Shown here: piece by piece, positions 27,232 through 36,641 of the stretch | Layout: every line of letters starts with the position of its first letter | Position numbering within the stretch: the first letter of the stretch is position 1 | From: Methanomassiliicoccales archaeon UBA147 | GTDB lineage: Archaea; Thermoplasmatota; Thermoplasmata; SG8-5 | Assembly (NCBI GenBank): GCA_002496385.1 | Contig: DAJR01000023.1 | Location: forward strand, 3,651-67,650 | Length of the DNA stretch: 64,000 nucleotides | Reading direction: 5' to 3' | Program-made: the position numbers and the translations under genes | The notes under the pieces: generated by a model | The model's database searches: none | Told to the model about the DNA's origin: nothing | The model's input: the letters and a program-made list of their open reading frames with translations, nothing else

Positions 27232-28017
27232 ATGCCCGAGGACATAGAGATATATGAATTAAAGAAGATGGATGTGCGCGGCGCCACGGTCATAGACGGC
27301 TTCCCGAGCGTCGGGCTTGTGAGTTCGATAGTGGCCAATTACCTCATCAACACTCTTCATCTCACTCAGATAGGAATAATGGATTCCGTCTTTTTTCCGA
27401 CGGTATCGCTCGTCAGAGACGGCCAGCCCCACAACCCTGTAAGGATATACGCGGGGGAGAAGGTCGGGACAGGCCCCCATTCCATGGACCAGCTTGTCGT
27501 GTTCATTTCCGAGTTCCAGCCGCCCCCGAACCTTGTGAAGCCCATCGCCAGCATGATGATAGATTGGGCCCAGGACCAGAGGTGCAAGATGCTAGTGTCC
27601 CCGGAGGGCCTGGTCATCGACAGGGAATCCATGGACGTAGGCGAAGAAGATGACTCCGGCCTGGGCGTATATGGGGTGGGCAGTACCGAATGGATGCGCG
27701 ATGAGTTGACAAAAAATAGTGTGAGGGAGTTCACCGAAGGCGTCATCACGGGGGTCGCCGGAGTGCTGCTCAACGAGGGCAAGCGCAGGGATTTCAATGT
27801 TGCAACCCTTCTCGCAGAGGCACATCCCGATTACCCGGACGCCAGGGCTGCCGCGAAGGTCATGGAACTGATAAATAAATTCCTCCTGCACATCGACCTG
27901 GATGTCAAGCCCCTCTACCAGGAAGCCGAGCGCATAGAATCCCAGCTGAAGACAATCCACAAGCAGACCAGCGAGGCCAAGACCCCCGGCTCGCATCAGC
28001 CGTCGATGTATGGGTGA
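27232..28017 (+). CDS. PAC2 family proteasome assembly chaperone
   Basis: GFPSVGLV..I.A.YL, PVRIY, G.ITGV.G.LL, PDARAAA, MYG C-terminus. Confidence 0.9.
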   Translation: MPEDIEIYELKKMDVRGATVIDGFPSVGLVSSIVANYLINTLHLTQIGIMDSVFFPTVSLVRDGQPHNPVRIYAGEKVGTGPHSMDQLVVFISEFQPPPNLVKPIASMMIDWAQDQRCKMLVSPEGLVIDRESMDVGEEDDSGLGVYGVGSTEWMRDELTKNSVREFTEGVITGVAGVLLNEGKRRDFNVATLLAEAHPDYPDARAAAKVMELINKFLLHIDLDVKPLYQEAERIESQLKTIHKQTSEAKTPGSHQPSMYG

Positions 28018-28025
28018 ATTTCCGC

Positions 28026-29711
28026 TCAATCGGTGACCGCTATATAGATCTCCTCGCCCGCCGGACCACCGACATAACAGACATTGCTGGCATCCAGGAA
28101 ATTATTCACGGACGCTTCGCTGAAAACCACATTCTCCAACGGGTACATCTGGGCACCGGCATGGGTCCAGCTCGCAGACATTATTATGGTGCTTCCGCTG
28201 GTCATGGCATTGGCCTGGATTCTCCACGGCCCGGTCTTGTCCGCTTTGACATCCCAGTATGGTTCGATAATGTCACCATACCTCTGATCGGCGGCTATTT
28301 CGGTGATGCCGTGTTCGGCTGCCCATCCCATTGCGGACATCTCATGGGGCATGGTGACCTCCTGGACGCCGAACGCTTCCTGGCTGTTGTAAGCCAGCGG
28401 CAATGACATCGCGCACAGCAAGATGAAAATTCCGACAGCGAACACAGGAAGCGGTTTGTAGAATGCTTGCTTGTTTGAGAGCTTTTTCAATATGCCGACG
28501 ATGTATGCCAGGCCAACGCCTGCCGCGATAGCCAGCGGTATGTCCATGAAATTGTAGCTCCTGTAGGCGACCATGAACCCGAAGACGTCGAGACCCCTGA
28601 GCATCGAGAATACCATCACACAGATGGGCGCGAGGAACATGCCGACCATGATGTGCCTTCTCGGGAACTTGGAGTATCTCAGGACATTGAACCCGATCAA
28701 CGCCAGGACCGCCAGCAAGAGATACGGGAAAATGAGCCTCAGGAGGGTGTCGGACGTCATCCGCCCTCCGAGGAACACGTGCATCCGTGAGTTCAGGTAA
28801 AGCGCACCAATCCCCACGACGAGGACAAGAACTTTCTCATCCAGTATGTTCCACACTGTCAGGCCTTTGCCCTCTGACCCCCGCATGAAGAACCAGGGCT
28901 TTGTCTGGGCAGTCATGGACAGCATCCTGGCTGCCACGGCGGAAATCAACGCCACGCTGGCGAGGAGGACAGCGTCATTGAGGTTCATCACCTCGTCAAC
29001 AATCTCCAGGTTGGCAAACCGGTAATACAACAGGGAAACCAGCAGTATGCAGGGCCCTGTCAGGGCATCCAGGACGAATTCGCCCGGCGTCCTGACATGG
29101 TGTTCGGAGCGCCTGAAAGCGGTCCCGGCCAGAGAGAATGACAGGGCCAGCAAAGCGATGAGCGATGTCAGGTGATGTGTGAATGGGAGTATGAACAGCC
29201 CCGCGACCATGGCCAGACGGAACCTCCAGTCCCTCCTCCTGGAATACAGGTAGAGAATGAAGCACAGGAGCGTTATGGCCAGCAATTGCTTCATGGCTGC
29301 GGTTGTAACGTAAACGAACAGCCCGGTGAGAGCCGCGAACATCCCGGCAGAAAATGCGGCCAACTCGTTCTCTGTCAATTCCCTGGCCAGAGCATAGACG
29401 AATATCACTGATAGAGAACCGATGAGGGCGCAGAAATACGGGAGGAGGGCGAGCGGCTCGATGCCGAGAACCAGCGAGAACATCGCTAGGACCATTGAGA
29501 AAACCGGCAGTTTCATGTTGTAGCCAAGCAGGCCCTCAAAACCGGCCGCATCCGGGATTTTTCCGGTATCAATCATGATATCCGAAATCCTCGCCAAGGG
29601 AAAGCCGTCTATGTTGTATGGCAAGTCGGAGAATTGCAGCGGGACGAGCCTTGCGCAGAGTGCGATCAGGAGCAGCAGGAAAGCCAGTTGCACAGAATAT
29701 TTCTTATTCAA
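28026..29711 (-). CDS. Polytopic membrane protein, GT-C-like architecture
   Basis: TM1 followed by PYNIDGF loop, about 12 TMs, THHLT, soluble C-terminal domain. Confidence 0.6.
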   Translation of the reverse strand: MNKKYSVQLAFLLLLIALCARLVPLQFSDLPYNIDGFPLARISDIMIDTGKIPDAAGFEGLLGYNMKLPVFSMVLAMFSLVLGIEPLALLPYFCALIGSLSVIFVYALARELTENELAAFSAGMFAALTGLFVYVTTAAMKQLLAITLLCFILYLYSRRRDWRFRLAMVAGLFILPFTHHLTSLIALLALSFSLAGTAFRRSEHHVRTPGEFVLDALTGPCILLVSLLYYRFANLEIVDEVMNLNDAVLLASVALISAVAARMLSMTAQTKPWFFMRGSEGKGLTVWNILDEKVLVLVVGIGALYLNSRMHVFLGGRMTSDTLLRLIFPYLLLAVLALIGFNVLRYSKFPRRHIMVGMFLAPICVMVFSMLRGLDVFGFMVAYRSYNFMDIPLAIAAGVGLAYIVGILKKLSNKQAFYKPLPVFAVGIFILLCAMSLPLAYNSQEAFGVQEVTMPHEMSAMGWAAEHGITEIAADQRYGDIIEPYWDVKADKTGPWRIQANAMTSGSTIIMSASWTHAGAQMYPLENVVFSEASVNNFLDASNVCYVGGPAGEEIYIAVTD

Positions 29712-30943
29712 GCATCCGCCCCCAGGACCCTGTCCAAAGGTTGGGCGTCAGCCTCCCTTTCAACTGTTTCTGTCTCCTGCATCAGGTCGCGCGGTTTGGC
29801 CTTGGACATCGTGCTCTCGATCATCAGCCCGGAGGTTGTGTGGATCATCACCGAGGCCAGGAATATCCCTGCGAGGATGTATGGGTCGATGACGGCGTGA
29901 ATCGTCTCCCCGAACATGAGCAGCATGTTCCGCTCTTCGATGAACCGGGTCAGCAGGTACCCCAGCACAACTCCGATGGATGACGCGGCCACGGACATCA
30001 CAAGAACATCCCTGGTGATGAGCTTCCTGATGTAATTCCGGTCGGCACCCACCGCAGATATTATGCCTATCTCGCACCTTCTCTCGATTATGGCCCTCGA
30101 CACTATTGCGGCCGAGCCGATGAAGGCCAAAGCCCCGTCCAGAATGATGAAGGTGCCCACCACGACCCGGATGCTGCTTGCCCCCTCCCTGACGAAAAGG
30201 CTGACATAGCTGCCGTTCGACGCTCTGAACTGCGCTGTGTCCAGATACTTTATCGCAAGTTGCTGCTGGACCCTTTCCTCCTCGGTTATCTCCGTATTTA
30301 CAGGGGTCACGGTACCGCCGGATGTAGTCACGACGACAGGCTGTTCCTGCTCCTCGAGCGTCTCCATCAGGGCGGTCTGGTTGGTCGTCCTTACCCTTAT
30401 GAAAAGCACAGTGCCCTGCCCCAGCCCGGCCATCTTTCTGGCATAGGTCAGAGGAACCAGGATCTCGTCCTCGGCCGACTGGGCGCTGTAAACCCCGTCA
30501 ATCTCCAACTGGAACAGGGCAGGGGTCGAAGAGCCGGTGAGCAGGAATCTGTCTCCGACATCCAAGTCAATCTTTTCTGCGAGTTTCCTGCCGATTACCG
30601 CGAACCTTCCCGAATCGTTGGCCTGGCCTCTCACCATCCTGCCCTCCTCTATTTTGAGGAAATCGTCAAGATTGACGCCCCTCACCAGCACCGGCTGGTT
30701 CCTTATCACGCCGAAGCAGGATATTTCGGCGCTGGCCGCCAAGACGTTTGTCTGGTTCTTAATCGCATGCACCATTGTTTCATTGAGCTGGACCGTGGAA
30801 TTCACCTGGGAGACCGCGACCATGTCGCCGCCGAATATGGCCTGCGGCGTCGCCTGGATGCCCAGGAGCAGCGGGACGGATGCGCTGAGTATGAGCGTGC
30901 ACAGGATGAGTCCGACAATGGCTTTCGGCTTGAGCATCATCAT
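29708..30943 (-). CDS. FtsX/MacB-like ABC permease
   Basis: TM1, large extracellular domain, ERR.EIGI..AVGA, three further TMs. Confidence 0.85.
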   Translation of the reverse strand: MMMLKPKAIVGLILCTLILSASVPLLLGIQATPQAIFGGDMVAVSQVNSTVQLNETMVHAIKNQTNVLAASAEISCFGVIRNQPVLVRGVNLDDFLKIEEGRMVRGQANDSGRFAVIGRKLAEKIDLDVGDRFLLTGSSTPALFQLEIDGVYSAQSAEDEILVPLTYARKMAGLGQGTVLFIRVRTTNQTALMETLEEQEQPVVVTTSGGTVTPVNTEITEEERVQQQLAIKYLDTAQFRASNGSYVSLFVREGASSIRVVVGTFIILDGALAFIGSAAIVSRAIIERRCEIGIISAVGADRNYIRKLITRDVLVMSVAASSIGVVLGYLLTRFIEERNMLLMFGETIHAVIDPYILAGIFLASVMIHTTSGLMIESTMSKAKPRDLMQETETVEREADAQPLDRVLGADA

Positions 30944-32058
30944 TTCTGCATCCTCCCGGGAGAGAACATCCTGGACGCCCGAATGGCTGGCCAGAGCCCT
31001 CCGACAAAACCCGCTGTCATCGTTATCGCCACCGGAAGGACCACCGAGTCGAAATCCGCCAGGGGTGTGATGAACGTCATTATGTCCAATAAGCTGGACA
31101 CAGAGGATATCGCGCTGGCCGCGCAGAATCCCAGTGCAGTCCCGAGCACTCCCCCGGCGAAAGTGATGAACAGGGCCTTGAGAACGAATATTCCGATGAC
31201 ATAATTCCTGCTGGCTCCGATCCCCCGGAGGATTCTGATGGTCGGGGCGCTGAATTCAGTCTCGATGGATATGATGCAGTAGACCAGGACCGCGGTGATG
31301 ATGCCGCTCATCAGGATGATGCCCCACAGTCCCTGCTCGACCTGGTATATGCCGTGTTCGAAAAATCCCACCACTCCCGAAGTTGGCCTTGCCTCGGTGT
31401 TCTTCGACCAGCTGGGCTGCTCTTCAATGGGGATATCCGATTCCACAATCATAAGAAAAGAGTAATTGCCGGCAAGCTCCGGCCTTAGCATGTTCATCGT
31501 TGCCCTCGGAATCAACAGCCAGTCATCAGGGAATATCGAGCCGGGCGAGTACAGGGTGCCGATACGGATGCTGGCGGAATTGTTGCCTCTGGCCAGCACA
31601 TAGTTCGAGTCGGGCGCGGCCGAGATCGAGTCCTGTGCCAGCATTTCCGCCAGTTGGGTTCCCATCCAAACCCCCGAATTCAGGCTCTCGTTTGTCATGT
31701 TGAGGCCGAGCACGTCCTTCGGATCATAGATTGAAACTGCATAGACATTTCCGGACGAGCGGCCTGATGAAACTTCCTTGAGCGTGACATTGGCAAAGCA
31801 GAATGCAACGAAAGTCGTGTCGTTCCCGGGAAGCGAATCCCCGCCAATCCGGCTGGCAGCAAAATCATCGTCGGTGTACAGCAGAACCGGGCCCTGGTCA
31901 AAGCTTGCCGCCAGCGCAGAAGTGGTCTCATGGAGCCCGCCCACCATGGCTATGGTCCCAGTAAGGTATGTTGCGCAGAACGCGATGCCCAGGATGGTGG
32001 CGAAGATCCTGCGGTTCATTTTTGCGGACAATCTCGTAGTAATGGACAGAGTGCTCAC
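30940..32058 (-). CDS. FtsX/MacB-like ABC permease
   Basis: ILR.IGAS...V, GG.LG..LG, G..GGLWPA.RAS. Confidence 0.85.
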   Translation of the reverse strand: MSTLSITTRLSAKMNRRIFATILGIAFCATYLTGTIAMVGGLHETTSALAASFDQGPVLLYTDDDFAASRIGGDSLPGNDTTFVAFCFANVTLKEVSSGRSSGNVYAVSIYDPKDVLGLNMTNESLNSGVWMGTQLAEMLAQDSISAAPDSNYVLARGNNSASIRIGTLYSPGSIFPDDWLLIPRATMNMLRPELAGNYSFLMIVESDIPIEEQPSWSKNTEARPTSGVVGFFEHGIYQVEQGLWGIILMSGIITAVLVYCIISIETEFSAPTIRILRGIGASRNYVIGIFVLKALFITFAGGVLGTALGFCAASAISSVSSLLDIMTFITPLADFDSVVLPVAITMTAGFVGGLWPAIRASRMFSPGRMQK

Positions 32059-32197
32059 CCGAAATGCTTTAATATACCTGACGTGTAGGAGTTGTTTGCC
32101 TATATGTATTTAGCGTTTGCGGTCGCCTGCCCCCGCAGGGAGCGGCAGCACCAATGGCGCAAATATGGCATATAAAGCAAACCTCCGGTGTTTCCGA

Positions 32198-32869
32198 ATG
32201 AAAGAGATGAAGATTGTTGTGAAGGATGTCTGGAAGACCTACGACGGCAGCAGGGATGTTTTGCGGGGCGTGAACCTCGAGATCCCGCCCAGGCAGATGG
32301 TGCTCATCAAAGGCCGCTCCGGCAGCGGCAAGTCCACCCTGCTCAACCTGATGGGCTGCATCGATGTACCCACCAGAGGCGAGATACAGCTCAACGGCTA
32401 TGCGACCGCCTCTCTTTCCGACAAGGAGCTGGCCAACATCCGGCTGCACAAGGTCGGAATCGTCTTCCAATCGCACAACCTGATCAACGACCTCACTGTG
32501 TACGAGAACGTGCTCCTCCCCATGAAGATCGCCAAATGGCAGGGCGGCGACTGGCGGGTGAAGGAGCTCCTCCACAGCTTCAGCCTGGACCAGTACTCTG
32601 ACAAATACCCGGACGAGATAAGCGGCGGCGAGCGCCAGAGGGTGGCGGTCGCGCGGGCACTGGCTAATAGTCCGTCAGTGTTGCTGGCGGACGAACCGAC
32701 CGCCTCCCTGGACATTGACAACTGTGACATCGTCATCGACGCGTTCAAGAAGGCCAACAAGGAGTTCGGGGCTACTGTGGTCATCGCGAGCCACGACCCG
32801 GCGATCGAGGGGCATGTCGGGACCAGATACACACTGGAGAGAGGGGAGTTGAGGGGGGACGCCATATGA
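32198..32869 (+). CDS. LolD/MacB-type ABC ATP-binding protein
   Basis: GRSGSGKST, VFQ..NL, SGGERQRVAVARAL, LADEPT, SHD. Confidence 0.93.
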   Translation: MKEMKIVVKDVWKTYDGSRDVLRGVNLEIPPRQMVLIKGRSGSGKSTLLNLMGCIDVPTRGEIQLNGYATASLSDKELANIRLHKVGIVFQSHNLINDLTVYENVLLPMKIAKWQGGDWRVKELLHSFSLDQYSDKYPDEISGGERQRVAVARALANSPSVLLADEPTASLDIDNCDIVIDAFKKANKEFGATVVIASHDPAIEGHVGTRYTLERGELRGDAI

Positions 32870-33804
32870 AGAACGGCCCTTTGAAGGTCTTCCTCGGAGG
32901 AAAAAAACACCCGACAGACCTCATCCTCACGATTACATTTGCGATAATCAGTGCGGTGGCGACGCAGATATTCGATGACGGCAGCATGATTCGGATACTG
33001 CTTGCCCTCCCACTCCTGCTGTTCCTTCCCGGTTATGCCATGGTCAGCATGATGTACCCGGCGAGGAACATCCGCAAGACCCGTGCCAATCAGACAGGCA
33101 CCATTGAAAAATCTCTGGACAACATGGAGAGGGCCATGTTCGGCATCGGGCTGAGCATCGTCCTGGTCTCGCTCGTCGGGCTAGTGCTGAATTATGTGTC
33201 CAGCTTCACATGGGCACCTGTATCATTGATGGCCGTCACCATCGTATTCTCTGTCGTGGCTTGGTACCTCAGGGACATGCTTCCAGCCGAGGAGAGGTTC
33301 AGGGTTTCCTTCCTGGTATCTTCCCAAACAGAGGTTTCGGAGGACAGGCGCATCACAGCGATTTTGGTATGCAGCATAGTGCTGGTAGCCTCAATTTTTG
33401 TGTATCTGGTTGTCAACCCGGCCGATAACGCAGCATACTCGGAGTTCTACCTTCTTGACGAGACCCGTCACCTCGCGTCGCTCCCGAACAACATCACGGC
33501 AAACCAGACCGGGATTGTTCTTGTCACCATCCACAACCTTGAAAATCGGTTTGTCAACTACACTATAATTGCCGGCATCGATAATGCTACGACGCCATTA
33601 ACATACGCAAATGCCAGCGCACAAATCGACATTTCCTCGAGCAATCGCGTAGCCACCGATGTCATGCTTAACGATGATGGAAAATTCGAACAGGCGTATG
33701 CTCTCACGTTTTCCGCACCCGGAAGATACAAGATAGTCTGGAAGCTGCTGATGGATGGCCAGGAAACAGATTACCAGCTACACTTCTGGGTGAATGTCGG
33801 TTGA
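32866..33804 (+). CDS. DUF1616 membrane protein
   Basis: LFLPGY, ER...GLSI, SEFYLL, NLE...NY, LHFWVNV. Confidence 0.85.
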   Translation: MKNGPLKVFLGGKKHPTDLILTITFAIISAVATQIFDDGSMIRILLALPLLLFLPGYAMVSMMYPARNIRKTRANQTGTIEKSLDNMERAMFGIGLSIVLVSLVGLVLNYVSSFTWAPVSLMAVTIVFSVVAWYLRDMLPAEERFRVSFLVSSQTEVSEDRRITAILVCSIVLVASIFVYLVVNPADNAAYSEFYLLDETRHLASLPNNITANQTGIVLVTIHNLENRFVNYTIIAGIDNATTPLTYANASAQIDISSSNRVATDVMLNDDGKFEQAYALTFSAPGRYKIVWKLLMDGQETDYQLHFWVNVG

Positions 33805-33944
33805 ACGCATCTATTATCATCTCCATGCTTAAAAACAGCAATTAATATATAGTAGGGAATATTAGACGATTTTGTTATGAACTGCCATATAATAATGCTG
33901 CACCCAGTTTCTGAGAATGCTCATCCTTTCCCAGGGGGGTGCCC

Positions 33945-34769
33945 ATGTCTGATATCGTGAAGGTAATCAAACCCAAGAGAAGTTTCTTCAACATAGATCT
34001 TCGTGAGATTTGGGCATATCGAGAATTGCTGTATTTCCTCGCATGGAAGCAGATAAAGATACGGTACAAGCAAACCGCACTCGGCGCTGCCTGGGCGATA
34101 CTGCAACCGCTTCTCACCATGGTAATATTTTCAATTATATTCGGCAAATTGCTCGGAGTGGCCTCGGACGGTGTGCCGTACCCGATATTCGCCTACTCCG
34201 GCCTGATAATATGGACGTACTTCTCCGTGTCATTGACCCAGGCCTCAACGAGCCTGGTGTCGAATTCGAACCTGGTTTCGAAAGTGTATTTCCCAAGGTT
34301 ATTGCTCCCGATGAGCGCCTGCCTCGCCGGCCTCCTGGATTACGCGATTGCTTCAATCGTCCTCGTGGGCCTCATGTTCTATTTCAACGTGTTCTGCACG
34401 GCATGGGTCATAATATTGCCGGTGCTGGTGCTCATGTCGATGCTCCTGGCTTCAGGCATCGGTTTCTGGCTGTCTGCTGTATCGGTGAAGTACAGGGACG
34501 TGCAATACGCCATCCCGTTCTTCGTGCAGATTCTTCTGTACGCCACGCCAATAATCTACCCGGTCAGCATAATCAGCGGGAAATACAGCTGGCTTCTGAA
34601 CCTGAATCCACTTACAGGGATAGTCACTGTCCATCGCGCCATCCTCCTCGGCAACCCAGTCCTGGACTGGACCTCCCTGGGCATTTCCGCAATATTCACG
34701 GCATTGATATTCCTTTGGGGCCTTGTCTATTTCAAGAACTACGAACGCGAGTTCGCGGATGTGATATGA
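33945..34769 (+). CDS. wzm: Polysaccharide ABC exporter permease (Wzm)
   Basis: YRELL, RYKQT.LG..W..LQP, KVYFPR, YRD, TPI.YP, NP, FADVI. Confidence 0.92.
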   Translation: MSDIVKVIKPKRSFFNIDLREIWAYRELLYFLAWKQIKIRYKQTALGAAWAILQPLLTMVIFSIIFGKLLGVASDGVPYPIFAYSGLIIWTYFSVSLTQASTSLVSNSNLVSKVYFPRLLLPMSACLAGLLDYAIASIVLVGLMFYFNVFCTAWVIILPVLVLMSMLLASGIGFWLSAVSVKYRDVQYAIPFFVQILLYATPIIYPVSIISGKYSWLLNLNPLTGIVTVHRAILLGNPVLDWTSLGISAIFTALIFLWGLVYFKNYEREFADVI

Positions 34770-36043
34770 TGCCCGAGCCCATAATCGAGGTCAAGAACCT
34801 TTCAAAGCGCTATGTTCTGGGCATGGACATGGCTTATAAGCGACTAACGGAAACCATCACGGACAGCATCACCCACCCAATCAGAACAATTAAGAATGCC
34901 ACAGCCAAGAGAGAGGAGTTCTGGGCGCTGAAGGACGTCTCCTTCACGGTCGAGAAGGGCGATGTCGTCGGCATAATCGGCCGCAACGGCGCGGGAAAGA
35001 GCACACTGCTGAAAATCCTCTCGCAAATCACGTATCCCACAGAGGGAGAAGTGGTCCTTCGCGGGCGGGTCGGCAGCCTCCTGGAAGTGGGCACCGGATT
35101 CCATCCGGAATTATCGGGCCGTGAGAACATCTACCTGAACGGAGCCACCCTGGGAATGAAGAAGAAAGAAATAAACGAAAAATTTGAGGACATTGTAAAA
35201 TTCTCGGAAATCGGAAAATTCCTGGACACGCCAGTGAAGCGCTACTCCAGTGGCATGTATGTCCGCCTGGCATTCGCGGTTGCAGCCCACATGGACCCGG
35301 AGATACTCATTGTGGACGAGGTGCTGGCAGTTGGCGACGCGCAGTTCCAGAAGAAGTGCCTGGGGAAGATGAAGGATGTCAGCGAGGGGGGGAGAACGGT
35401 GCTGTTCGTGAGCCATAATATGGGGGCAATTGCCCAGCTATGCCAGAAATGCATATTATTGGAGAAGGGGCGGATAGTCACTTTCGGCGATACTCAGAAG
35501 GTAATTGATACGTATCTTTCCAATCTATCCAACAAAACAAGCAGTGTGATTGATTTGACAAATCCCACTTTGAGAAAAAATTCACTTGAGGACAGTTTGT
35601 TCAAATGGACACAGGCAAAGATTGTGAATTCCAAAGGGGTGGCTACTTCATCCGTTGAATTTATGGAACCATTTGACTTGGTAATCACCGGAGTATTGGA
35701 ACAAGAGGTGGAAGAATTGCACGTGGCTTTTGATTTAAAATCCGGAATGGGGGTGTTATTGTTCAATTCAATTATAGCGGATACTGACCTCCCTCAGAAT
35801 TACACTCCGGGGACAATTTCATTCAAAATTAAATTCGACCCAAATCTCCTGGGCCCAGGATTTTATTCAATCGGCATAAGTGCCAAACAGCAAGGAATCA
35901 TTGATTGGATACCGGAGGCAATTACTTTCAATGTTGAACAGGCATCCTCCCAGGACAATAAATCTGTCAGGCCAACGTACGATGGACTTATTGTTTATCC
36001 ATGCAAGTGGTCGGTTCATACTAACAATATAACAAAGGGGTGA
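34766..36043 (+). CDS. wzt: Polysaccharide ABC exporter ATPase with Wzt C-terminal domain
   Basis: FWALKDVSF, GRNGAGKST, YSSGM.VRLAF, VDEVLAVGD, FVSH; about 170-aa beta-rich C-terminus. Confidence 0.92.
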   Translation: MMPEPIIEVKNLSKRYVLGMDMAYKRLTETITDSITHPIRTIKNATAKREEFWALKDVSFTVEKGDVVGIIGRNGAGKSTLLKILSQITYPTEGEVVLRGRVGSLLEVGTGFHPELSGRENIYLNGATLGMKKKEINEKFEDIVKFSEIGKFLDTPVKRYSSGMYVRLAFAVAAHMDPEILIVDEVLAVGDAQFQKKCLGKMKDVSEGGRTVLFVSHNMGAIAQLCQKCILLEKGRIVTFGDTQKVIDTYLSNLSNKTSSVIDLTNPTLRKNSLEDSLFKWTQAKIVNSKGVATSSVEFMEPFDLVITGVLEQEVEELHVAFDLKSGMGVLLFNSIIADTDLPQNYTPGTISFKIKFDPNLLGPGFYSIGISAKQQGIIDWIPEAITFNVEQASSQDNKSVRPTYDGLIVYPCKWSVHTNNITKG

Positions 36044-36047
36044 ATGG

Positions 36048-36641
36048 ATGAATATTTTCAAGTCAAAAAACAGCATGACAAAGCACGACGTACATGAGCA
36101 AGTACCCCCAAATTGGCATGAAGATTTCATTTCCCACTTGGCAAGCGTCGTCCGCCCCAAGGTTTATTGTGAATTGGGGTTATATCAATGCGTGGTTTTC
36201 AATAAAGTCATTCCCTATTCAGATAAATTAATCGGGGTGGACATGAACCCTGATGCAGGCAGGTACATGCAAAAATCCAGTAAAACCGCATTCATCAACC
36301 TCAGTACCACAGAATACGCCAGAGAACTTCATGCGAGACCCATCGAAATTGATATGCTATTCATAGACGCAGACCATTCAGAAGCCGCGGTTCTGGACGA
36401 TTTCAATAATTTTATTCCATTTGTGAAACCGCATGGCTTGATATTGTTGCATGATGGCCATCCCAAAGACGAACAAAGCATGGGTTCGGGTTATTGCGGA
36501 GATGGGTGGAAAGCGATAGAAGAGCTATCTCGAAATGCTCCAGAATATGAAATGGTCACAATTCCTGTTCACCCCGGATTGACCATTTGTCGCAAGCGCA
36601 AAAAACAGTTAGCGTGGCAAGAGCGGGGAATTTCTGAATGA
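36048..36641 (+). CDS. Class I SAM-dependent methyltransferase (Methyltransf_24-like)
   Basis: ELG, IDMLFIDADH, G.ILLHD. Confidence 0.82.
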   Translation: MNIFKSKNSMTKHDVHEQVPPNWHEDFISHLASVVRPKVYCELGLYQCVVFNKVIPYSDKLIGVDMNPDAGRYMQKSSKTAFINLSTTEYARELHARPIEIDMLFIDADHSEAAVLDDFNNFIPFVKPHGLILLHDGHPKDEQSMGSGYCGDGWKAIEELSRNAPEYEMVTIPVHPGLTICRKRKKQLAWQERGISE

